Below, piece after piece: positions 53,801 through 64,000 of a stretch of 64,000 nucleotides of DNA. How positions within the stretch are numbered: the stretch's first letter is position 1; each line of letters opens with the position of its first letter. A program made the translations under genes and the position numbers. Origin of the DNA: Octopus vulgaris (lineage: Eukaryota); the NCBI GenBank assembly GCA_951406725.2, contig OX597819.1:54250001-54314000 (forward strand), written 5' to 3'. Under the pieces are notes generated by a model. That model saw only the letters and a program-made list of their open reading frames with translations. It did no database searches and was not told the origin of the DNA.

Positions 53801-54255
53801 CCAAGGTGATGAAATAAATACCACTCAAGTATAATAATTAATTTTGTCCATAGAAAAGTAACTTCAGCAACTGAGAAATTATTATAAATTGCCAAAAAGC
53901 ATGAATCAAATAAATAGTTAAAAATAGCAAGTATTTTCTAACTTCTTCAGATTTTACTTTTAAGTTAAGACCAGTTTAAAGATTTCTTTCATGTGGTTTG
54001 ATATTTATTACTCTCCAGTTCAGTTATGTTTTGGCTTATAGTTCTTTATAAAATTTAGTTAATTGTGCAATTCACATAAGTATTTGTGCCTTTTATAAGT
54101 TATTCATTTTTATTTCTTTTGAAATGTTGCATTGCTATTGTATTTGCTGTTCATGTGATGTCTTTTTTTTTAATTTATTGTTTGGTATTTATTTAAACAT
54201 TTTGTGTTGAATGCTGCATGATTATCATATCCAGGCATGATTCATTTATTTCTAG

Positions 54256-54615
54256 GTTATGAAACCGATGATGAGTATGAAGATAATGAAGATATGTGTT
54301 ATGTTCGGCGCAACAAGGGGAGAAAATATGCGTCGGTTCCGAATGATGAAGGCATTGAGAAATCTGTTTATCGCACAGTTTCCAAAAAAGTCTCCAGTGA
54401 TCTGTCGTCACTGAGCAAGGATAAAGACCAGTTTTATAACGATGTTTCGCATGCCTCTGCACATGGTGCTCCTAATTCTAGTGCATGTCAGCGAACGTCT
54501 GTCCCAACCAAGTACTACTCGGGATCACAGGGTTCATCTGAGGAAAGTGGAAGTGATGAAGTTGTTTCTCCATCCAATAGTACAACTGCCTATGTCAAGA
54601 CAGCTACTCCTGGAG
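54256..54615 (+). CDS. Coding exon D (360 nt, phase 1-1): (G)YETDDEYEDNEDMCY...TAYVKTATPG
   Basis: Lies within ORF 54237-54677 and is GC/CpG-richer than its flanks. Acceptor ttcatttatttctag, donor GAG/gtactg. Reading through the donor reaches a stop at 54677. Confidence 0.9.
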
Positions 54616-55418
54616 GTACTGACTTAGATATAAGGAGAATTTCATCCCCCAACCCTATTATCTTCAAACATCTCTAGATACTAATTCTTGTTTATATTAC
54701 AGTCATAGCTAATAATCATTTTAGAAAAAATGTTTTAAGTTATAATTCCTTTCTCTTAATTAATTAATTTTAATATCTAATGTCCTTTTAAAAAATATTT
54801 AACTAGAATTTGTTACTTATCTCTATCTATTATTTCTTTGGCTTATGATAGCTTTTAACCTACTTTCTCTAACATTTTTTTTGTAGTGTTGTATTTGTGG
54901 TGTATTTTAGGTTAAATGAGAAAAATGTTTGTCTTGAAATCACATGTTTTTTTTGTTTTTTTTTGTAGTCATCAAAATCTAAAAATGATTACAATCATTA
55001 TTTTGATCATTAACCTTTAATTTTTTTTTTTTTTTTTTTTGCACCTCAAGTTGCCAAGTTTTTATAAACATTAATGTTTACAATATTCTTCTAAGAATTT
55101 TCATGCAAATATAAAATAGCTTATTTCATATTCATGTCATCTAATATTCAACTACATTTACTTACTACCCAGATATATTTTCAAATTTTTTTTCAATGAA
55201 ATTTTCAAATTGCAATTTGCTTACATTTCTGAAATATTTTATCAAAATATATTTTAGGTAATTAACAGATGAGGAGGAAAGGAAATATTGTTTAGAATCA
55301 GAGATAAAATTTGGTTGCTTCAATCAGTTCGTTTCTCATTAAAAACTTTTATATTTTATTTTCATGCTCCATATATTCATTCTTTAGTATATGTAAATAT
55401 TTCAGAAGTCTTGACTTA

Positions 55419-55425
<7 letters not shown>

Positions 55426-55468
<43 letters not shown>
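55426..55468. repeat. (TA)n microsatellite
   Basis: Direct reading. Confidence 0.95.
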
Positions 55469-55471
<3 letters not shown>

Positions 55472-58400
55472 GTGAAGTTTAATTGTAAAGAAATAATGAC
55501 TAATGTAATATATGCAACATTAATTTAATGAACTTCTTAAAAGCTATATATTTTGGAGGGTTTTTTTTTAATCTATTGAATAAACTGCAATGAATTATAT
55601 AAGTTTAGATAGATCATCAGCTTAAGCGTTTGGAAATTTCATGTTAGAATATGAAGTCTTTAAGAAGAATGTGATGTGGAAAAGATAGAAGACTCAATAT
55701 GTATTTAATCAAACTACACTGTTAGTTTTATTTAGCAGTTTTTTAAAACACATGAAAAGTTTGATTAGATATAAGAAGGAATCAATTCTCCCATAAATTT
55801 AGTTTATCATTTATAGTAAAATTGTTCCCAATGTATTTTATCATACTTGGGTATTTTGAACAATTATGAAGTGAAATAGAATAAATTAAGGTTATTGAAT
55901 GTGAATCATGCAACTAATTGTTTACAAAACAATTTGATATTCATTATTTTTTTAAAATTTAGACTTAATTAATAAATGCACTTATTACTGTAAATTAACA
56001 CTGCCTCTTTCCTTCAATATTATCAAATCTGTTTTTGTATCTATAAAATTCACAAGATAACTGCTTTAATTTCCTAGTCTAGTCTTCAAACATCATAGTC
56101 TCATTCTAAAGATACATAAATAGTGTATTTAATTTGTTCAGTACACACGCGATAAATACTTAGTTGTACTCTTATTATTGATTAGACTACTTATTGGCAA
56201 CATTTAGCTTTCTTTATTTATAGAAATAACCAAATAAATAAAATAAAGCATTTTTTTTTATTTATTAATAGTTCACTGCAGAATAAATTAAGACATTCTT
56301 AATGTTATAAATAAGCCAGTGTTTGATAATTTCGATTACATCTACTTAAATGTTGCAGATTTGGCAACTTGTCAATAGGAATTTGAAGTGAAAGGTTTAT
56401 TGAAAATTATAGACAACTGCTTTGCATGATTTTACCACATGTCATTGTAATTCATTCATTGCTTGTTGTGTTGTTGGACTGAGAGTTTATACTGTATATT
56501 TTGCATGCTTAGTAACTTCTGAAAATGATTTAAATTCCTTCTTTCTAACAATAATATTATTATTCATTAAGAGTATATTTCACATGGAACGTTTTAATTA
56601 CTAAAAGACTAAGGTGACTTAGTATAGTACAAGTCAGTAAGTCTGTTGGTTTATGCTGAAATATTCAGTTCCTAAATGTGAATGAAATCATAGTAAATTT
56701 CCTAAAGTGATTTCGTATAAAATTATTCTTTTATATAGACATTTATAATTAATGTTTTTCATGTAATGATTTTAATTAATATGGCTTGATGAAAATTTCT
56801 GAGTTTAATTAGAAATACATTAACGATTATGATGTGTTAATCTAATATTTGTCCTATGGACAATATATCATCTGTGTTTGCTTGTAGCTTTTTTTTTATG
56901 TAAAAAAACTGATAATAGTAAAAAAAAAAAACACTTGTAACATCTGGAAAGTGAAATGATAATAAATCAAACGTTAATGTTCATAGCAATAAATATAGCC
57001 TGAAATTTTCTTAAAATTGAGAATCATCATGATCACCCACATGATTCATCATCACAATTCATCACCACCATTCATTATCATTTGTGATGGTAGCTTTATC
57101 ATCAACACCACCACCAAAGCCATAATCACTATTATTAACATGATGTATCATTATCATCATTACTTCCGTCTGCTATTACAAATATTAAACACTTTGTTGG
57201 TATACAAATGCCAGCTTTACTATACTGCACATTTTAATGCTAAATAATATGAACTTGGGACCATCATAACAGCCCATCACATATACTAAGGATAACAAGG
57301 ATACTAGAGAAATATATATATATATTCTTAAGCATAAAAAGAAACCCATCGAAAGTATATCTTCAGAAATACTTTCCTGTATCACCATATGCCATGAAAA
57401 CATTCTTCTTTAGGCCCCAAACAACTATCCTAACAACTCTGAACATGTCTAAAATGTTTAAAATAGTTAATGTATGCCTTGTGCAAGAGAGAACTTGGCA
57501 CTGATACAAGCATGGTGAATGAGAGTTGAGTAAAGAAGTGTCAAGTGTGTGAAATGGGTGAAGTCTGTAGTAGAGGAAGATATAGGATGACAAAGAAATT
57601 ATAATGGAAATGTGGTGATTGGTCTGTGATGATTGGTGACATATGGAGAAGATCCACTCACTGGTGCAAGCATGGCAAAATAATCATTAAAATAATGATG
57701 GTGGTGATAGAGCTTGAGATGTATATTTTATTCTCTCACCCATTATGTTCTTAAGTTTCCATGTACAGCCCTATTTGTTACCCTCTATCCTATTTGCTGT
57801 AGCCTGATTCCTGTGTAACAAAGAATGGCATTTGCTTTATCTATCCACCATCATCCATTCTTATTATCCCTCTCTCTTCCAATATCATCCTTCTAGTTCT
57901 CTACTTTTCTTCCATCATGACACCTGTGTAATGAAGGATGGCATTGTAATGGCCATTGTAACATACCATCTCCCTCTATCTCTAACCATCATCTTTATTG
58001 CTATCCCATGAGATTCATCATGGAATTTTCTATTCAAACTCTTGCCAATAACCAGATATAACTGTCCCTATAAGTCCCTTTCCACTGCCATTCCATCACT
58101 GTTGCCCTCCCTCCCAATCCTTCCTCTTGTGCTCTCTCTCAGTTATACTCATATTCTCTGTTCTTTTCCCCTTCTGTCCATTCTTGTGTTTGCTTTGAAA
58201 GAACAGAGACTATGTAGAGTAGGGAAACTAGTCTTTTAGCGAATAGAGCAACCACTTTAGTGTTTGTACTGAGATAAGTGCATCCAGTAAATCCTGTAAT
58301 AAGTTGGAAATTGAGTGGAGACAACATAAAGTAGATTGGATTCTTTCGCTGTGTTGAGGACTTGGACCTCTGTAGTGCTTATGCCAAAATAAAATGCAGC

Positions 58401-61400
58401 CTGTATACACTTTGTAAAGTGGTTAGTGTTAAGTAGGGCATCCAGCTGTTGAAAACCATCCACAAATGGAGAAATGAGTAAGATTATGTTCCTCTGATTC
58501 AGTTCTCCAAATAATGTTTTGACACAAACTATGATGACTCATTCAGTGATGATAATGATGATAGGCCTGGTGTTCTAACAACAAAATGCATTGTAAAAGA
58601 ACACACCTCAGCAAAGAGCACACATTGGATGTTGTCAAATTTACTTATCTTCTCTAACATTTACATATCCTTTCCTATCTAAATATATCTCTACATAACA
58701 TTCTACATTACAGTCCAATGAAGGAACTGCTATATGGGTGCTCCAGTTATATAAAATAGCAGGCACATTCCCTTGTGTCATATTTTACCATCTTAAAAAT
58801 GAAAGGGCACTTTAGACAATGCAGCCCTAGATACAAAAAAAGATGATCACAGCTGAAATGCCTTCGATCATAGATTTACTTAATCAAGGTTGACCTGCAT
58901 TTAAGCAACAGCTATATCCCCAAAATACATTCAGAATACTCAGGCATCAAAAGAGTTATGCCTACTACTTCAGATTTCGTGCACAGCATATAAACTTAAT
59001 GATAGTGCAAAGAAATCAACATTCATATTGTTTTATGCCTCATCTTCAACATTATTCATCATCATCATTTATCATCATCATCATCATCACTATTGTAATT
59101 AACAAAATCATTATCCTGATAATGAAAATGGTCATCAATCTCATCCTATCCATCACTAGTGGTTTTTCAGTGCTGGTATATGTTGGCAAGGTCAGCAGTG
59201 CAGTAGTTTCCTTATATTTTAGCTTCTAACATCTGAACTAGCATTCTAAGTTTTGTCTTGATGTGAAATCTGATTTTTCAAGTATTTTTAGTTCATGATC
59301 CTCTTAAATTCTTTATGCTTCAATATTTTATATTTTTGGCAGAATGCCTTAACCATCTTAGTCTGTTTTCATTTGCTGGTGATATAATCTGAAATGTCTA
59401 CATATACTTCAAAACCCAAATTCCAACAGAGAATATTTTAAAATCTTGGAGTTTTGTTCTTATTTTTCTTAAATCAACAGTGACTTTTTGTAATTAAAAA
59501 AAAAATTAATGGATGTTTAATTATAGAAGATAACTAATTGTTATTTAGAATATTGGTATTTTATTGTCTTTCCTGGAAACCATAATTTTAACACTGAACT
59601 CATCATATTCTGTTGCCAATTTCAAGATTTCTATACACTCTATCACTCATATTTTTATGATATTTAAACTTATTTCAGTAAAGGCAAGACTGTGTTAGGT
59701 TTACTAACCAGATTTTTCAAAACTTCATATCCTGCCTCCTTGATTTTTATTAGTCCTCACTGTAGTTCTTTGACTACAATGGAAATCTTATCCATTAGTG
59801 CCACATGCTTTTTACTTCTTTTTCTATATTTGCTCTATCATTTAAGCTTTATTTGTTTTCTGGTGAGAGTATTCCTGTGTTATTGAATTCTGATAACAAA
59901 AGAAAGACATATATGCAGTTTTTCAAAATCCTTCCTTTGATTAAGTTTAGCAAAGGTGAAACTTCAAAACTGTAAATTTTTTCTTTTTTTTCTTCTCCTG
60001 AGTAGAGATGTTCTGTTTGTCCTGTTATATGGTATTAGGCCATATAAGATGTTCACAGAAATAAGTTTTCAGTTATTATTTATTTATTTATTTATTTATT
60101 TATTGTGTGTGTGTATGTGTTTATTTCATGCTAGTGAATGAATACAGTGGAAAAATTCAAGGCTTTATGCATCTGTTTTTCTGTGGAAGCATTTTACATG
60201 CTGCAGAAGCTGCTGAGAAAGCATGTTGCTAAGAATCAGCCTTTAAAGATATAAAATCTAGAAACAATATACTGTAATGAGAAATATAAAATATTCATTA
60301 ATTCTTGCTTACTGCAAAGGGAAATAATTGTAGCTGTATCAAATTATTACAGAATATAACTGGTGTTATAATACAAATACACTCACTTGCATGTCTGGTT
60401 AGTGTTTACAGTAAAGTTGATTTTTAAATTCTTTATTTTTTTTCCAGTTTAGTTAGGAGGAAGGAACTGTACCCATAATCTTTTCTGGCACAAAACTTGT
60501 GAGGTTGATGTTTTATGTTTCATTTCAACATCTGCAATATGATGTCTGCATGAAAAATATGGATGGTTGGGGAATTCCAGTGAGCTGTCATTTTTTTTTG
60601 GTGGTGGTGGTGGGGGGGAATTGTGATTGGTGAAGAACTTAGTAGACTATAAGTAACTTGCTGATAGGATGGGAAGGGAATGGAGCAGTTAAAGCCCATT
60701 ATTTGGTTGGTTATCAGTGCATCATTTTGGGTAATGCATTTTTAATGAGGAAACAAACAAATGTGTGTGTGAACTGGTAGAGTGGATATTTTAGTGGATT
60801 ATCAGCCTATAGTCCAAGAGTTCAAATCTCTAAACTAGAGGCTGAATTTTAACTATAGCTCCAATTTCAAACCAACCTTTGAAATTAATGAAATCATTTT
60901 TCTATTTTTCATTCATTTTAATCTTTACTCTTCCATGCTGGCATGGTGTGGATGAAGATTTATTGGATGTAGTATTTTCAGGCCAGATGCTCTTCCTGTT
61001 ACCAACCCTTAACTGTTTTTTATAAATAAAAGATTTTTATATCACTTGTCTTTTCAAGATACAGCTACAGAACCTGAAAATACATGTTCATAACATGAAC
61101 TCTGTATCAAAACAAACCTGCTTGCACCTACTGAAAATAAAAAAAAAAGGGGGGAGAGAGAAATAGATAAAACCTGTCATTTCTGCTCTTACACACATTC
61201 ATTTTTAATGTTGATTTTCTTAATAACTCAATCCTACAGCCACAAGCTTAAGCTTTGAGTTGTACCTCTGAACTTGCCATGTAACACTATCCAGATTCCA
61301 TTTCTTCTTCCTTAGAATAAGAAAGGACATCTTGCTACAAAAACAGTTGCATCAACAAATAAACTATTCTAAACATGCTAGCATGGAAAAAACATGTTAA

Positions 61401-61937
61401 CTACTTCAACACCCACTCAACCTTCACAATACTATTCAGGTACCACATCTACTTAGTGAGCATATTCATTGGAGAGCTTGAACACCAGACTTTTGGTTTA
61501 GTAGTTAGGCATCTTAAAAGATCAGTTCCTTTCACCTAAAATGTTCCCACACATAATACAGTTGTGTACTCTCCCATTCTCAAATGTGCACATACATTTT
61601 ACAAATCTTTTCTTTTCAAATCTAAGAAATTTCTGATTAGTGTTCAAGACATTTTAAAAACAGATAGATAACAGCTTTAAATTGTATATATATAAAGCCA
61701 ACTTTTATCATTTTAATCCTTTTTTTTCTTTCCACTTAACTTTCTCTTTTTCTTTTACCTCATCTTTTCATTCCTGTGTCAAGCTAAAGCCTTTACTCTT
61801 ACTTTCATCTATTTGAAGCTTTTCCCTAATAATTCATCTACTTTAAAATTCTGTTTCTTCTCTATTATTTCCAGACATCTTTTGTTCTTATAATATGCCA
61901 TCTGGCTTATATTTGCTATGTTATTCTCTTTCTCCAG

Positions 61938-62012
61938 TAAATTCAATAAGCAGTACAGACTATGATGATGAAGATGGCGATTCGCCCGTGCAATTCCGCT
62001 GCCCTGCTACCA
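61938..62012 (+). CDS. Coding exon E (75 nt, phase 1-1): (V)NSISSTDYDDEDGDSPVQFRCPAT
   Basis: Acceptor ttattctctttctccag, donor CCA/gtgagt, CpG-containing; in frame with exon D. Confidence 0.9.
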
Positions 62013-64000
62013 GTGAGTGGTCAACACAAATAGATTTAGTGCCCTAATTTCTTTTTTCAGGTGGAGGCTACCACTGTTTCTGTTCTACCTCTCAGTCCTC
62101 TCCTTTTTCCTTTCTTATGTCAACACTACTACATTTGCTTCTTACATCTTTTGAGTTACGCTTACTCTGGCTTTTAAATAATAAACAGCTGTTTTATTGA
62201 AATAGATAAATTTATGTAAGTGGAATGCTTACAGATAAGGTGTTTTCTTCTTATTCAGTTACAAACAAAACTTTCTTTTTATCATATGAGGCCTTTGGAA
62301 AACTCATTGAAATCATTTAGTGCCTTATTTCTTTCTTTATCTATATTTCACAAGCTGCAAATTGTGATTAAGCAGTTTATATTTCTATAATCCCCACTCA
62401 TATTATCTGTGGTACACTTTTAATGTAGATTAAGATGCATTTAATGAAAAAATATATATTTTGGCATAAATTTGTAACAGAAGTTCATTTCTTTCTTGTT
62501 GTTGATAATGCTAGTAGTGTTTAACTGTTATCCCTGAAATCTTAATGAATGTTCCAAATAATAAATAATTAAAACTAAAATACTAACATATTCAAACTTC
62601 TAATTTCCTTAATGACTGTCCAGTGGATTAAACCACATGACAAACTTTTTCACGTAATAGTAGTCTTTTCACTCTCAACTTCTTTGTTATGCTTGACATT
62701 TCTCTAAAATTATTGTCTGTGTTTTTTCACACATCACTCTGTCTCATTTGATTTCTGAAATTTTGATAATGATTTCTGCATATTAATGAAGTTCTTTAAC
62801 AGTTTTATTGTGAAGCTTCATTAATTGTCTTAAATCTATAACTATTGGCTACTTCTTTAGTTTCATATTATTGGCATACTCCCGCTTGTAACTAATTCCT
62901 CCGATTAAAAGTTTTCTTACCTCTTAGCATTTCACTCTTGAACCCTCTTTTGTGCTTTTCTCTAAATGAATAATTAATTTTTGTTCTAATATGGGCTTTG
63001 AAAAAAACAAAAAAACTAAAGGGAAGAAAAGAGTGGAAACAAAATTGTTATTTTTTTACTTTTGCTCAAACTGAATTCTTCAATCTTGTTTTTAAATAGT
63101 TTGCTATTGAAGATAATTCCTTAGTATAAAGCTCACAACTTATGTGGATAAGGAATCTAATTTTATAAGATTATCATTTTTCAATTTGAATGAGATATGC
63201 ATGATCAAAGAAAATAGGAAATATTTTCTTTAATGCACAAAACATACATCATTTCAACAGTTATGAATATTAAAATTTTATGAATATATTCTAAAATGAT
63301 ATGTAACTGATGTAATTTTTTGTTTATACTTATTCACATCCTATAAGCATGGATATAAATTAACAAACCTATTCATTCATTGCACCTTTGAAGTTTAAAC
63401 TGCACTTTTCCCATTATTTCCTTCCACAGAAAAAATTCTATCAAAATGAAACTTTAAATAAAGGTTTTTCTAAAGATTTTCTTATAATAATAATTCTTTT
63501 ATGAAATGTTTATTTAAAAAATAAGATTCTCCTATTTTGCTTCCCTTTTTCATTCCCTCCCATTTTTGATATACACATAACACATTTTAAGTTGAAAAAA
63601 TATTTGCTGTATTTTATCAAATTTGTTTAATTTTACTTTATCACTGTTAAGTAAAATTGAAAAAAAAATTATTGAAAAGCTTGTTTGAGTTGTTTTAGGT
63701 GTGATAACTGCTGGGATCTGCCTTACAAACTGCAAGAAGTAAAGTATCTTGTAAGAGGCAATGATACAAGGACCACTAAAGTAAACATTCAAAACCTTTG
63801 ACATTTTTTGTGGTCTGTTGATGCATCCCATTGTCTGCACTTTGGAAGAGGAAAATACCATGTTGAACTGACTTTCCTTAAATGTAACTGCAAAGAAGAA
63901 GTCTTCAGATGTTGTAAGAAAGAAGCAGGCCAACAATGAGGACTCTTAAAGTCAACTATGTTCCAGTTCTCAGGTCTTCATTGTTAGCATTTTTCTACAT

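Noticed and set aside
56359-56394. 36-nt AG...GT segment as a possible exon
   Set aside because: It has an in-frame stop in phase 1 and a weak donor (gtttat)
63550-63936. 128-aa minus-strand ORF
   Set aside because: Non-ATG start, no recognisable motif, a low-complexity AT-rich 3' half, and antisense to the host gene. I could not find a convincing + strand exon here either.

Overview
AT-rich eukaryotic genomic DNA, mostly intron sequence packed with repeats. The repeat repertoire (tRNA-derived SINEs with a Nin/Deu-like core, RTE-clade LINEs with (CAT)n tails, TTAA MITEs, long microsatellites) resembles Octopus/cephalopod genomes; this is an inference from family recognition. One + strand protein-coding gene crosses the window. 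Five exons splice in frame (26491-26594, 44702-44824, 50730-50813, 54256-54615, 61938-62012) and encode a charged helical segment followed by an acidic, Ser/Tyr-rich, probably disordered region. I cannot name the gene, and its start and end lie outside the window. The last four exons are all symmetric phase 1-1. The introns also hold several candidate alternative terminal exons, a candidate 12-nt microexon and clusters of TGCATG motifs. Transposons with well-defined ends: a non-autonomous Helitron (6543-6949), an irritans-type mariner (16986-18260, perfect 37-bp TIRs, TA TSD) and a Chapaev3-type element (21392-23693, TTA TSD). RTE LINE copies carry a PHD-type finger inside the reverse transcriptase. 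One MITE contains a ~120-bp-arm fold-back hairpin. There are no prokaryotic features, CRISPR arrays, rRNA genes or intact tRNA genes. Most short ORFs in the track are spurious or transposon fragments.
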